DNA of 64,000 nt, from NCBI GenBank assembly GCA_937968125.1, contig CALBUI010000166.1, positions 2,293-66,292 of the forward strand, in the 5' to 3' direction. Of the stretch, positions 1-10,832 are shown in pieces. Made by a program: the position numbers and the translations under genes. Each line of letters starts with the position of its first letter. The stretch's first letter is position 1. Source of the DNA: an uncultured Anaerolineales bacterium. GTDB lineage: Bacteria; Chloroflexota; Anaerolineae; Anaerolineales; UBA4823. The notes under the pieces are model-generated. The model saw only the letters and a program-made list of their open reading frames with translations, did no database searches and was not told the origin of the DNA.

Positions 1-624
1 GGCTACATACAAATGCACGCTGCCATAACCCCCGATTTCGCGATCCGTATACTCAAAGCCGAATTCCTCAAATAGCGCTGGCATGTCGCGAATGATGTCC
101 CCACCCGCTTTCCAGGCATTGGTGAGAAATGTTCCCGGCCGATTACCATCTTTTGGAAAACAGATATCGACCATCACAACCCGCCCTCCAGGCCGTAATA
201 CTCGCCTCATTTCTGATAAGGCCAGCTGGCCGTCCGGGTATGCGGTGAAAGCCATGGTGTTAAGGACCGTGTCAAATGTGGCAGTATGATAAGGCAACCT
301 TTCTACATCTGCCACCTGCAGGCTGACTTTAAATACGGCCTGGCGCAGGTTGGTTAGGGCGATCTGGGCCATATGCTTGTTGTAATCAATACCGAAGGTT
401 TCGAACTGCCCAGCATATTGGGTCATCAGATAACCAGTACCAAAAGAGATTTCTAATACACGCGGTCCTTGGATCTCGGAAATAGCTGCCCCGATCCAAT
501 TGCGCCAGATGGGCAGTGTTTTGACCAGCCAATCATAAATCGGGGCAAAGCGTGTATAAAACTGGTCATACTGGGCAGTGTGATGTCCACTCTGTTCGGG
601 TTCATTGGAGTACTTGAATTCCAC
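1..624 (-). CDS. class I SAM-dependent methyltransferase (UbiE/COQ5-like), C-terminal end runs off the window
   Basis: Own translation of the minus strand from GTG at 622-624 gives VEFKYSNEPEQSGHHTAQYDQFY...PRVLEISFGTGYL...LRPGGRVVMVDI. This fits the Rossmann methyltransferase motif pattern. The frame is open to base 1, so it is absent from the ORF track. Confidence 0.7.
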   Translation of the reverse strand, partial: MEFKYSNEPEQSGHHTAQYDQFYTRFAPIYDWLVKTLPIWRNWIGAAISEIQGPRVLEISFGTGYLMTQYAGQFETFGIDYNKHMAQIALTNLRQAVFKVSLQVADVERLPYHTATFDTVLNTMAFTAYPDGQLALSEMRRVLRPGGRVVMVDICFPKDGNRPGTFLTNAWKAGGDIIRDMPALFEEFGFEYTDREIGGYGSVHLYVA

Positions 625-835
625 TTTACTTAATCTCCACTAGCAGCATAGTTTGGGAACTTGGCGTTCGGGTGATATTGGCGAACTAAACTGGTCACAT
701 CAAGTCTTATCAATTCCTAGAATTGTATCTGTAACTGTGTGCTTTTGCAGTGATTCAAATACAGGAACGCATTACTGTTTGAGTCCTTCCATCTGTATCA
801 TTTACTCTAATATATTTGTATACCAAGAGGTTGAA

Positions 836-870
836 TAAGAAAAGGACTGCTCAAAGTCTGGAGCAGTCCT
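836..870 (-). terminator. rho-independent terminator after the peroxidase gene
   Basis: 10-bp stem AGGACTGCTC (843-852) / GAGCAGTCCT (861-870), followed on the minus strand by TTTTCTTATT. Confidence 0.5.
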
Positions 871-894
871 CGTGAGTCAAATACAGTTTAGGGC

Positions 895-2160
895 TTAGGG
901 AACGAAACCATCCGAGAGTGTTTTCAAGAAAGCGACGATGGCGGCTTCCTCATCCGGGGTCAAGCCAAGATCGCCTAACTCATCCGTGTTAACGTTATCA
1001 GCCACTTCCGGTGCGGGCCAGCAATCTGCGGCTAAAGATTCCGCTTCGGTGTAATCACCAGGGCATTCATCTTTAACATCCCGAGTGTTGTAGAAGTGCA
1101 CGATGCCTTCGATGGTCTTGAAGTAACCGTTGTGTCCATATGCCTTGACGAAAGCCTCGTATGGTCTTAGGTCCACATTGCGCAGGGTGGGCACTTTCTG
1201 CTTGCCCCACTCCGATTCGTATACCTCCTCAGGATAACCAGCGCTCATAAGGAAGCCACCCAGCCCAGGATCTACAAAATCCGGGTCGACAATGTATGCC
1301 GGATTCTCAGGATTCTTGGGGATACCTAGGTTGTCGAAGGTGAAGTCGGTAAAGAGTGCCTGCTTTCCGTTGCTGATATGGCACCTGTGGCACATTCCCT
1401 TACCGCGGAATAAAGCATAGCCGCGCTGCTCCTCTTTGTCTAACTTGAGCTTGCCATCGAAGGTTAGATCATGCTTAGAGCTGAAGGCGTTTACTTCAGG
1501 CGAGTCCTCATAGACCGCGATCGATAGACCGATTTGCCCATACGCCTTGTTCGATTTGACTCGGTCTGCATCTGACAAATCGACCGTTGAACCCTCTGTG
1601 GCACATACCGTCTCAACATCAGCAGGCCAGGTGATGTCGCACGCTCCGATATCCCAAACTGCTTCAAAGGAAACAGGGTAGGATGCCGTGCAAACCCGGT
1701 AAACAACACAAGCGCTGTCCGGCAGTGCCTGTTATACAGAATTCAGGAAAGGCCCCAAAGCCTGGTCAGCGGCAGGGTTACCTAGTACTTCGCCAGTTGC
1801 CCGCCCATCCCAGAAGTTGCCGCCAATGAAAAGCCCCTTCTTATCCATGTGGAAGATCGGGCTCAGAGTGGCATAGGCTGCGCTGGGCGGTTTGCGGTCA
1901 CCGAAGCGCCCGGCGATCGAGCCCTCGTAAACGGCCCCGCCTGCATTGGTGTCCGAATCAGGCCCAGTCCATCCCCACGCAGGATCGTGACAGGAAGCAC
2001 AGGATTGATTGCCATTGATAGATAAGTTTTCGTCGAAGAAGATGGATTTCCCCAGCTGCTCCTCTGGTGTTAGATCTCCCTGTGCCATTACTGTACCCAG
2101 TGTCACCATTAAGAGAACAACTATAATACCAGTAATTGATAAAGTTTTTTTGTTAATCAT
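895..2160 (-). pseudogene. di-haem cytochrome c peroxidase (CCP/MauG family) interrupted by one in-frame TAA at 1732-1734
   Basis: ORFs 1732-2160 (signal peptide, SCASCHDP haem 1) and 895-1578 (MCHRCH haem 2) are in the same frame. My translation of 1579-1731 is open (QALPDSACVVYRVCTASYPVSFEAVWDIGACDITW...), so a single stop separates the two halves. Confidence 0.7.
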
Positions 2161-2578
2161 GGCATGCCCTCCAGTACTTGATTATTCTTTATCAAATGGT
2201 TGTCCAAATTACGTTTTTGTTTTTCACCTCCTTTTCTGACTGCCCCAAGCATTTTTCCTGCTATCGAGATTCAAATCCACCCCGGATGATTAACTACTTA
2301 AGAATTTTTCCTTTTCAGGGCTGAGTCGATGATGTGATCTGCATAGCTCCCCGGTCATCGAATGTGAAATGTATAACTATCAGATCAAGTATAGCATAAT
2401 CCGGGTTTTTTCCAAAATCTAAGACCCTCTAGTAAAAAAAACGCGAATGGATGCTGCCCTCGCTTACCGAGGGACAGGTCTGAGTGAAATTAAACAAAGC
2501 CGGAGGACGCTCACTCCGGTCAGTTTATCCAAATTATCCGGCAGCTTTAGCAAAATCTTGAATCTTTAAATAGTCTAA

Positions 2579-3739
2579 TTATTCTTTCATCAATGCCGGC
2601 AAATAAACTTCATTGAGCGGGGTTTGATATTCAAAAGCGCCAATATCACAGCGTTGGACTCGCAGGAACCCGCGCTGATCGCTGTTGAGAGGAGAACCTT
2701 GATGGTTCTTGCAGCCGCCAGGATCGCCGCGATTGATAGCCGGGCTGCCGAACTGCAAGGCATGGGTGGCAGTTAGGCCGCCATTATCCGCCAGCGGGCT
2801 TAACCGAGGGCTGTTATCCAGGCGTATACCAGTAGAGGGGGTGAAACTGCATTGAGAGACGTTCCCAACCAGGTTGAATCCTGCACTCTTGAACGTGCCG
2901 TTGCAATCTGGGCCACCGTTATTGTTTTGCGCAAGGAGGCTGTTTCTTAGTTCGATGGTCCCTCCAGCCTCGTTGTGAATACCCCCAGCAACTGGGACTT
3001 GCGAGTTCACGTTGTCGACATTGTTGGTTATAGTGGCGTTATTCAAGTAAACCTTTCCGCCGAGGTTGTTAATTCCTCCCCCGGTGCCGCGGGCGGAATT
3101 CCCGCTGAGGGTGCTGTTAGTGATGACCACGTTTCCCCAGGCGTTGAACAATCCCGCGCCGGAACTGGATTGGTTGTCGTTAACCGTGCTGCTGAAAAGA
3201 AATAATGTGCCGGTTGAACCATTACGGATTCCGCCGCCTTCACTGGTTGCATTGCCTATATCGATGTTTTCCTTGATCGTGCATCCATTCAAAGTCAAAG
3301 TCCCATTGTTTGAGACACCTGCGGCCCCATCTCCTTGCCCATGGCTGATGGTGAACCGTTCAACAAACGCGGTGATGCCATTACTGACTGAGAGGCCGCG
3401 GCGGGCATTCTCACCATCGATAATGGATGTGCCGCTTTGCGATGTGAAGGTCCCATCCCAGCTGCCCGATAGGGCAATACTCTTGCTGATTGACACTACA
3501 GGATCACTTCCGGTGCCCAGGTAGGTGCCTGAAGCAACATAGATTGTGCTGCTGCAATCAGCTTTTGCAAGGGCGCCATTGATCGTCGCACAAGCCTCCC
3601 CCACAGTTGAGCATGTCTTGAGATCATCCCCGCCTGGGGTCACATAACATGGTCCAGCGTTACTGCGCGCCTGCCCAGAAACCAGTGGAATGAGAAGAAG
3701 TGCAATGATAAAAATCCAGGTAATTCGTCGTATGTTCAC
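2579..3739 (-). CDS. secreted right-handed beta-helix repeat protein with C-terminal choice-of-anchor-Q-like domain
   Basis: Signal peptide, repeated NGG/GGGI.N beta-helix-type repeats, and a C-terminal LADNGGLTATHALQFGSPAINRGD...DQRGF...CDIGAFEY signature. Confidence 0.65.
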   Translation of the reverse strand: MNIRRITWIFIIALLLIPLVSGQARSNAGPCYVTPGGDDLKTCSTVGEACATINGALAKADCSSTIYVASGTYLGTGSDPVVSISKSIALSGSWDGTFTSQSGTSIIDGENARRGLSVSNGITAFVERFTISHGQGDGAAGVSNNGTLTLNGCTIKENIDIGNATSEGGGIRNGSTGTLFLFSSTVNDNQSSSGAGLFNAWGNVVITNSTLSGNSARGTGGGINNLGGKVYLNNATITNNVDNVNSQVPVAGGIHNEAGGTIELRNSLLAQNNNGGPDCNGTFKSAGFNLVGNVSQCSFTPSTGIRLDNSPRLSPLADNGGLTATHALQFGSPAINRGDPGGCKNHQGSPLNSDQRGFLRVQRCDIGAFEYQTPLNEVYLPALMKE

Positions 3740-4066
3740 TTGTTTACTTCCTTTCAGAAACTAATCCGAATCGAACCTTATGGAGAAAAATAGAAGACCA
3801 TTCTTTTAAATCGAAAGAATGCTTTCATAAAGAAGATAGCGAAAATTTGTCCATAAACATACTTTTACCAAGCAAGCTTCGTGCCAATTCCCCAGCTATT
3901 GGGATAATTCTTGCAACTGAACTGTCATAGTTGATTACAGGGACAAAGGATCCGCTGTTTAAAGAATTTTGTCGGCAGGTGACTGGAACAATCTTGCCCG
4001 TTATTGCGTCTATCCAGAAGATTGATTTCTGGATCGATCGCATTAAAATAGTGGAGGGCCTAGACC

Positions 4067-7000
4067 ATGGCTACAGAAAATAAATCCGCATTATCACGCT
4101 ACAAAATCCCACTGCTGATAGTGGGGGGCATCCTGTTCCTCGGCATGTTGGCTTTGGTCATCTTTGCCTTTATAATTCCAAGCATTGGGGGCAGTGAAAC
4201 GCAGGGTCAAACCAACCCTCCCTTGGTTGATTCAGCCAGCGATGAGATTGAAGGTGGAACAATGAATGAGCAAGATCCTGGCTTACCGGTCACGCTTAGT
4301 TCCGGGCAGGCTCAACCCCAAGAATCTGAACCTGTGCCAGTGGGGACCAGCGAACCGCTCTCCGATGAAGAAATCGAACAGGTGTTGGTACGGCTGCCTT
4401 CATTATTGATTGATTCAGCTGACCAGGTGGATTTCAAATTGCCCCCAGAGTCGCTCCCTCCACCGCGCACTGGCGAGACCATCGATGAACCTTTCCCACC
4501 GGACGAGGTCTTAGACGTTCCGGATCCGGTAGACACAGGCCCACTGGAAGTATTACGTTTTGCCCCCGAGGGGGAGATTCCATTGGCGCCTTTTGTCAAT
4601 ATAACCTTCAACCAACCCATGGTGCCATTAGGGACTCTCGATGACCTGGCCGATGAAGAAGTGCCTGTGCGGCTGGAACCGGACCTACCGGGAACCTGGC
4701 GCTGGTTGGGTACCAAAACCCTGACCTTCCAATTCGATTCTGCGGAAATTGATCGCCTGCCGATGGCGACAGAGTACGTTGTGACGATCCCGGCTGGTAC
4801 CGAATCAATTTTAGGGGCGACACTCGAGGAAACGGTCGCCTGGATCTTCAGCACGCCACCCCCCGAGGTTGTAAATCAGTATCCTTACGATATTCCCCAA
4901 CCCCTTGACCCGCTGTTTTTCATCGCCTTCAACCAGCGCATCGATCCCGCAGCAGTCCTGGACACGATCGAGGTGATGGCTGGTAATCAACCGGTTGGCC
5001 TCATCTTGGCCTCCGAGACAGACATCAAAGAAGAGAAAACTGTTTCTCGCTTGGCTAAAAATGCGGAAGAGGGTCGCTGGTTAGCCTTTAAGGCCCGGGA
5101 GCAGCTGCCTCCCGACACCCCGGTCTCGGTCACAATTGGCCCAGGAACACCTTCCGCAGAGGGACCGGTTGTCACTGATGAAGCCCACTATTACAGCTTT
5201 CACACCTATGCACCGCTTAAAATCGTTGATCATGGCTGTTCCTGGTTCGACGATGAATGCCGGCCCCTGACGCCTTTCTTCATCCGCTTCAACAACCCGA
5301 TTGACGTCGACAGCTACGACGATTCGATGCTCAGCATCAGCCCTGACCTGCCCGGGGCTACGGTTAACATCTTTGGAGATACGATCAATATTCGTGGGGC
5401 GTCTGAAGGCCAGACTACATACCGCCTCACTGTCAGCGGTGACCTCCTGGATATCTTTGGGCAGAAATTAGGTAGGGACCAAACGGTCACTATCCGGGTT
5501 GGCCCTGCGGAACCACTCTTGATCGGTCCGGAAAGCCTCCTGGTCACTTTGGATCCGCAGGCCAGTAAGCCCGAATTATCACTTTACACCATTAATTACA
5601 ACCGCCTGGAGGTGAAGATTTACGCGGTTGAGCCATCCGATTGGTCCGAGTTCAAGGAGTACCTGCGGGAATACCAGCGGACAGATGTAGGGCGCGAACC
5701 TCCTGGCAGATTAGTATTAGACGAAACCATGCGTCTGGAAACCCCGACCGATGTGTTGACTGAGATCGGCATCGATTTGAGCGGGGTCATGGAAGGGGAT
5801 TATGGGCATTTTGTTGTGGTTGTTAAACCGCCCAAAGGTTTTTTTGAAGAAGAGCGCTATTGGGAGACAGTCCACGCCTGGGTTCAGGTCACTCAGATAG
5901 GATTGGATGCATTTGCCGATCACAGCGACATGTTGGCCTGGACGACAGCCCTGAAAGATGGCGCTCCTTTAGCTGGTGTTTCCATCACCAGCGAGCCAGC
6001 TGGGGTGGATGAGACAACAGGTGAGGATGGTACCGCTCGATTTGCTATCCCCAGTAGCGGTGCTCAATACCTGGTGGCCAGCCTGGGTGAAGACCAGGCA
6101 CTTCTGCCGCGTTCGGTTAATTTCTGGGGCGATGATGCCTGGATATCCCGCCCGCCCAACGACCACCTGCGCTGGTATGTGTTTGATGATCGCCAGATCT
6201 ACAAGCCGGGGGAGGAGGTCTCCATAAAGGGCTGGATGCGCCGCATCGGAGGAGGGCAGAAAGGCGATGTCGGCATGGTTGGCAGTGGGGTGAATGGCGC
6301 CCGCTATCAGGTAATCGGACCGCAAGGGAACGAGCTGGGCACTGGCAGCAGCCAGGTCAATGCCCTGGGAGGTTTCGATTTCACCTTTACCTTACCGGAG
6401 AATGCTAACCTGGGCTACGCGCAGCTCATCCTGAGTGCCGAAGGGAATCTTGGCGGGATGGATGGCTACCAGCACTACCACCAATTCCAGATCCTTGAGT
6501 TCAGGAGACCGGAATTCGAAGTGACTGCACGCAATGAGACCGAAGGACCATATTTTGCTGGCGATCACGCCATCGTCGCTGTGGAAGCGAAATACTATGC
6601 TGGTGGACCATTGCCGAATGCGGAGGTCTCCTGGTTGGTGAACTCTTCCCCGACCAATTACTCGCCTCCCAACTGGCCAGATTTCAACTTTGGAATCTGG
6701 CAGCCATGGTGGTGGTATTACGAATACTCCTTTGAAAGTGTCGGGCCCTTTGGTCCCGAGTTCAGCGAGATGGAGACTTTTGAAGGGCAGACGGATGCCT
6801 CCGGCAATCATTTCTTACGCCTCGACTTTGATGAGGCAGACCTGGCACGTCCATATAGTTTGTTAGCCGAGGCGACCGTTTTTGATGTCAATCGCCAGGC
6901 CTGGGCAGGCGCAACCAGCCTGCTGGTACACCCCGGTGAACTTTATATAGGTATTCGCAGCGACCGCATATTTGTCGAACGGGGAGACCCGTTGGAGATC

Positions 7001-10000
7001 GAGTTCATAGTCACGGATTTAGACGGGAATCCCGTTGTTGACCGCCCAGTTAAAATCACAGCCGCCCGCCTAGAGTGGAAGCACCGCAAAGGCGACTGGC
7101 GTGAGGAAGAGGTGGACCTCCAGGAGTGCACCAAGGGCTCAGAAGAGGAACCAGCCACCTGCACCTTCGAAACCCCGGTGGGTGGACGCTACCAGATCAC
7201 GGCCGAGGTGACAGATCAAATGGGTCGACGAAACCTGAGCCAGTTTACCCGCTGGGTCAGTGGTGGTGACCGACCTCCCTCACGCAGGGTTGAGCGTGAA
7301 ACTGTTACCCTGATCCCAGATAAGGAAAGCTACCAACCTGGTGATACAGCTAAAGTTCTAGTGCAAGCCCCATTCAGCCCGGCTGAAGGCCTGCTCACGG
7401 TCAGCCGCAGCGGCACCCTTTATAGTGAACGCTTCGAGATGAATGAAGAATCGATCACCTTGGAAGTACCCATTGAGGAAGCTCATATTCCCAACCTGCA
7501 TTTGCAGGTGGATTTGGTTGGTTCCGCTCCGCGCCTGGATGATCAAGGGGAAGAAGTGTCTGGCGTGCCCCCAAGGCCAGCTTATGCCAGCGGCCTGCTG
7601 CAGCTGAGCATCCCACCTGCCCAACGCACCCTGGAGCTGAAGGTTGCCCCGCGTGAGACCGAGCTGGAGCCAGGTGGGGAGACCCTCATTGACTTAGAGC
7701 TCAAAGATGCCAGTGGAGAACCGGTAGCAGGCGCTGAGTTGGCCGTCGTGGTGGTCGATGAAGCGGTACTCGCGCTGAGCAACTACCAGCTGGCAGATCC
7801 AATTTCCATTTTCTACCAAAACCGTGGGGCGGATTTAAGCAGCAACTACGGCCGCGCGAGTATTGTGCTCATTGACCCGTTGGCGCTGGAGGTGGATGCA
7901 GCCGAAGCTGAAGGGATGGCGATGAGAAGCCTCTCTACGCAGACACTCGCAGATGATATGGTCATGGAGGCCGAAGCCCCAGCAGCCGCAGAGCCGATGG
8001 AGGAGACCGGAGGAGCAGCAGCCGCACCTGCCCAACCGATCCAGATCCGCGCGGACTTCAATGCGCTGGCCACATTCTCTCCTGAAGTGCGTACTGATAC
8101 GCAGGGTAGAGCCAGGGTTGAAGTCTCGCTACCTGATAACCTGACCCGCTACCGGGTGATGGTGGTGGCTGTGGATAATGGCAATCAGTTCGGATCTGGC
8201 GAGACAAATATAACTGCCCGGTTGCCGCTGATGGTCAGGCCTTCCGCGCCGCGCTTTTTGAACTTCGGTGATAAATTTGAGCTGCCCGTCGTGCTGCAAA
8301 ACCAGACTGACGAGGAGATGATCGTCGATGTGGTAGTTCAGGCTGCCAACATCAGGCTGCCTGGCAGCGCTGGGGAGCGCGTTTCCGTGCCTGCCAATGA
8401 TCGCGTGGAAGTGCGCTTCCCCGCTGTCACCGATATGGCCGGTACCGCTCACTTCCAGGTGGCTGCCGCCTCAGGAGATTTCGCAGACGCGGCAGTAATT
8501 GAACTGCCGGTTTATACGCCTGCTACAACTGAGGCATTTGCCACTTATGGTGTGGTGGACGAGGGCAGCGTGATCCAACCCGTATCCAGACCGCGGAATG
8601 TCTTCCCGCAATTTGGTGGCCTGGAGATCAATACCTCCTCCACTGCCCTGCAGGCGCTCACCGATGCCGTGCTTTACCTGGTCTCATATCCATATGAGTG
8701 CTCAGAACAGATCGCCTCCCGCATCCTGGCTGTGGCTGCGCTGCGGGATGTACTGACCGCCTTCTCAGCCGATGGCCTGCCCTCTCCCGAGGAGATGGAA
8801 GCAGCAGTAGTACGAGATATCGAACAGCTGCAGGGTTTGCAGAATTTCGATGGCGGCTTCCCTTACTGGCGCAGAGGCCAGGATTCAATCCCCTTTAACA
8901 CCATCCATGCTGCCCATGCCCTCCAAAGAGCGAGGCAGATGGACTTCGCCGTGCCAGAAAATATGTGGGCCAATTCTCTCGCTTATCTGCAGGATATCGA
9001 GAGCCATTATCCTTCTTATTACAGCAAGCGCACCCGCCAGACTCTCAGCGCATATGCACTCTATGTGCGGCACTTGATGGGAGACCGGGACGTAGACAAG
9101 GCGCGCAGCTTATTGAATGAAGATCCGCTGGAAGAGCTGCCCCTGGAGGCCATCGCCTGGATCTGGCAGGTTCTGATCGATGACCCGAGCTCCACCGATG
9201 ATTTGGAGGCCATTCGCCGGCATGTCAACAACCGTGCTGTTGAGACAGCCGGGGCTGCCAATTTCATCTCCTCATTTGACGACCAGGCTTACCTGCTGCT
9301 GAATTCCAACCGGCGGACAGATGCGCTGTTCCTGGATGCCATGATCGCCGATGATCCGGAACACGATTTGATCCCAAAACTGGTCAATGGATTGCTGGCT
9401 CACCGCACGCGAGGGCGCTGGTCCAACACCCAGGAAAACGTGTTCATCCTCCTGGCGCTTGACCGCTACTTTAACACCTTCGAAGCCGAGACGCCGGAAT
9501 TTGTCGCCCGCATGTGGTTGGGTGATACCTATATCGCAGAGCACGAATACATTGGTCGGACCACCGACCGCATTGAGACCAATGTGCCCATGAATTTCCT
9601 GGTGGAAAGCGATCAAGAAATCCAGGACCTGATCTTGAGCAAAGATGGCGTGGGGCGGCTGTATTATCGCCTGGGTCTGAGCTATGCCCCCACAGATTTA
9701 GAACTGGACCCCCTTGATATGGGCTTTGTCGTCCAGCGCAGTTATGAAGCGGTGGATGATCCCGATGATGTCACTCAGGATGAGCTCGGCATCTGGCACA
9801 TCAAGGCCGGGGCACGGGTTCGTGTCCGCCTGCAGATGGTGGCGGACAACCGGCGCTATCACGTCGCCCTGGTCGATCCACTGCCGGCTGGATTAGAGAT
9901 CGTCAATCCTGCCCTGGCAGTCTCTGGCAGTGTTCCCCAAGATCCGAACGGATCAGATTATCGTTATGGTTGGTGGTGGTGGGGAACCTGGTACGAGCAC

Positions 10001-10186
10001 CAGAATATGCGCGATGAACGGGCTGAAGCCTTCACTACCCTGCTGTGGGATGGGGTCTACAATTATTCCTATGTCGCTCGGGCAACCACACCAGGGGTCT
10101 TCACCGTGCCGCCCGCCAAGGCTGAGGAAATGTATTCGCCGGAAGTATTCGGTCGCAGCGCAAGTGATTGGGTGAGCGTAGAATGA
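4067..10186 (+). CDS. alpha-2-macroglobulin family protein (bacterial A2M, thioester type), N-terminal membrane anchor
   Basis: 2039 aa with an N-terminal TM helix. Thioester-type motif YPYECSEQ (CSEQ at 8699-8710) is followed by an alpha-helical TED-like region. Size and MG-domain-like repeats are typical of bacterial A2M. Confidence 0.8.
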   Translation: MATENKSALSRYKIPLLIVGGILFLGMLALVIFAFIIPSIGGSETQGQTNPPLVDSASDEIEGGTMNEQDPGLPVTLSSGQAQPQESEPVPVGTSEPLSDEEIEQVLVRLPSLLIDSADQVDFKLPPESLPPPRTGETIDEPFPPDEVLDVPDPVDTGPLEVLRFAPEGEIPLAPFVNITFNQPMVPLGTLDDLADEEVPVRLEPDLPGTWRWLGTKTLTFQFDSAEIDRLPMATEYVVTIPAGTESILGATLEETVAWIFSTPPPEVVNQYPYDIPQPLDPLFFIAFNQRIDPAAVLDTIEVMAGNQPVGLILASETDIKEEKTVSRLAKNAEEGRWLAFKAREQLPPDTPVSVTIGPGTPSAEGPVVTDEAHYYSFHTYAPLKIVDHGCSWFDDECRPLTPFFIRFNNPIDVDSYDDSMLSISPDLPGATVNIFGDTINIRGASEGQTTYRLTVSGDLLDIFGQKLGRDQTVTIRVGPAEPLLIGPESLLVTLDPQASKPELSLYTINYNRLEVKIYAVEPSDWSEFKEYLREYQRTDVGREPPGRLVLDETMRLETPTDVLTEIGIDLSGVMEGDYGHFVVVVKPPKGFFEEERYWETVHAWVQVTQIGLDAFADHSDMLAWTTALKDGAPLAGVSITSEPAGVDETTGEDGTARFAIPSSGAQYLVASLGEDQALLPRSVNFWGDDAWISRPPNDHLRWYVFDDRQIYKPGEEVSIKGWMRRIGGGQKGDVGMVGSGVNGARYQVIGPQGNELGTGSSQVNALGGFDFTFTLPENANLGYAQLILSAEGNLGGMDGYQHYHQFQILEFRRPEFEVTARNETEGPYFAGDHAIVAVEAKYYAGGPLPNAEVSWLVNSSPTNYSPPNWPDFNFGIWQPWWWYYEYSFESVGPFGPEFSEMETFEGQTDASGNHFLRLDFDEADLARPYSLLAEATVFDVNRQAWAGATSLLVHPGELYIGIRSDRIFVERGDPLEIEFIVTDLDGNPVVDRPVKITAARLEWKHRKGDWREEEVDLQECTKGSEEEPATCTFETPVGGRYQITAEVTDQMGRRNLSQFTRWVSGGDRPPSRRVERETVTLIPDKESYQPGDTAKVLVQAPFSPAEGLLTVSRSGTLYSERFEMNEESITLEVPIEEAHIPNLHLQVDLVGSAPRLDDQGEEVSGVPPRPAYASGLLQLSIPPAQRTLELKVAPRETELEPGGETLIDLELKDASGEPVAGAELAVVVVDEAVLALSNYQLADPISIFYQNRGADLSSNYGRASIVLIDPLALEVDAAEAEGMAMRSLSTQTLADDMVMEAEAPAAAEPMEETGGAAAAPAQPIQIRADFNALATFSPEVRTDTQGRARVEVSLPDNLTRYRVMVVAVDNGNQFGSGETNITARLPLMVRPSAPRFLNFGDKFELPVVLQNQTDEEMIVDVVVQAANIRLPGSAGERVSVPANDRVEVRFPAVTDMAGTAHFQVAAASGDFADAAVIELPVYTPATTEAFATYGVVDEGSVIQPVSRPRNVFPQFGGLEINTSSTALQALTDAVLYLVSYPYECSEQIASRILAVAALRDVLTAFSADGLPSPEEMEAAVVRDIEQLQGLQNFDGGFPYWRRGQDSIPFNTIHAAHALQRARQMDFAVPENMWANSLAYLQDIESHYPSYYSKRTRQTLSAYALYVRHLMGDRDVDKARSLLNEDPLEELPLEAIAWIWQVLIDDPSSTDDLEAIRRHVNNRAVETAGAANFISSFDDQAYLLLNSNRRTDALFLDAMIADDPEHDLIPKLVNGLLAHRTRGRWSNTQENVFILLALDRYFNTFEAETPEFVARMWLGDTYIAEHEYIGRTTDRIETNVPMNFLVESDQEIQDLILSKDGVGRLYYRLGLSYAPTDLELDPLDMGFVVQRSYEAVDDPDDVTQDELGIWHIKAGARVRVRLQMVADNRRYHVALVDPLPAGLEIVNPALAVSGSVPQDPNGSDYRYGWWWWGTWYEHQNMRDERAEAFTTLLWDGVYNYSYVARATTPGVFTVPPAKAEEMYSPEVFGRSASDWVSVE

Positions 10187-10243
10187 GCCATAAGGTATAA
10201 TGCGCTGACATCGATTTATTATTATCACTAAGGAGGTATCAAC

Positions 10244-10684
10244 ATGTATACGGTAGGTGATCTACTCAAACATCTGAAGCAAACCGGTGTCTATTTTATT
10301 TCCCCAGATGCCAGCATTACCGAGGCGAAAGACTATATGATGGAGAAGGGCATCGGGGCTGTATCGATAAAATCTGGTGAGGAGCTGGTCGGAATCCTGA
10401 CCGAACGTGACATGCTCTGGAAATGCGAACTGCGTGACGATCTCTCCCAGGTGAAGGTTGAGCAGGTCATGACTCCAGCAAAGGACATCGTCTCAGTAAC
10501 GACCGGTGTTGACCTGGAAGAATGCTTCAACCTTATGGATGTCCACCGTGTTCGCCACCTGCCCGTGGTTGAGGAAGGGAACCTGGTGGGAATGTTATCG
10601 ATTCGTGATTTGGTTAGGGCTATCGTCGACCAGCAGATATTTATTTCCTCCCAGCTCGAGAGCTACATCACTGGAAGATCTTAA
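10244..10684 (+). CDS. CBS domain pair protein
   Basis: 146 aa with two CBS-like units (GILTERDML..., HRVRHLPVVEEGNLVGMLSIRDLV). RBS AAGGAGG lies upstream. Confidence 0.85.
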   Translation: MYTVGDLLKHLKQTGVYFISPDASITEAKDYMMEKGIGAVSIKSGEELVGILTERDMLWKCELRDDLSQVKVEQVMTPAKDIVSVTTGVDLEECFNLMDVHRVRHLPVVEEGNLVGMLSIRDLVRAIVDQQIFISSQLESYITGRS

Positions 10685-10832
10685 TTTCCTGGTGATTAGT
10701 TGATTTTCTTGGACAAAATCTGTATACTAGAAGGGAGGTGGAAATCCACATCCAATAATCCGGCACAAATTATGTAATGACGGTTTATCGTCTTGTGTTT
10801 AGACGAGGTGGGGAATATTTTGGAGAAATGAA

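Noticed and set aside
1732-1734. I considered whether the in-frame stop in the peroxidase is programmed recoding (selenocysteine or pyrrolysine).
   Set aside because: The codon is TAA, whereas Sec uses TGA and Pyl uses TAG. I saw no SECIS-like hairpin immediately downstream. A nonsense mutation or a base-call error is the simpler reading.
3825-4043. A 72-aa minus-strand ORF lies in the divergent promoter region between the beta-helix gene and the A2M gene. A 72-aa ORF at 1491-1709 bridges the peroxidase halves.
   Set aside because: There is no RBS and no motif. The first lies in an AT-rich divergent promoter region. The second is out of frame with the clearly homologous peroxidase reading frame.
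4312-4854. Long antisense or alternative-frame ORFs lie inside large genes. Examples are 4312-4854, 12561-13100, 13076-13468, 30932-31447, 37479-38000, 43743-44264 and 51991-52515.
   Set aside because: Each is fully nested in a much longer ORF with clear family motifs on the other strand or frame. Their translations are Ser/Arg/Pro/Gly-rich without motifs. I treated them as shadow ORFs.
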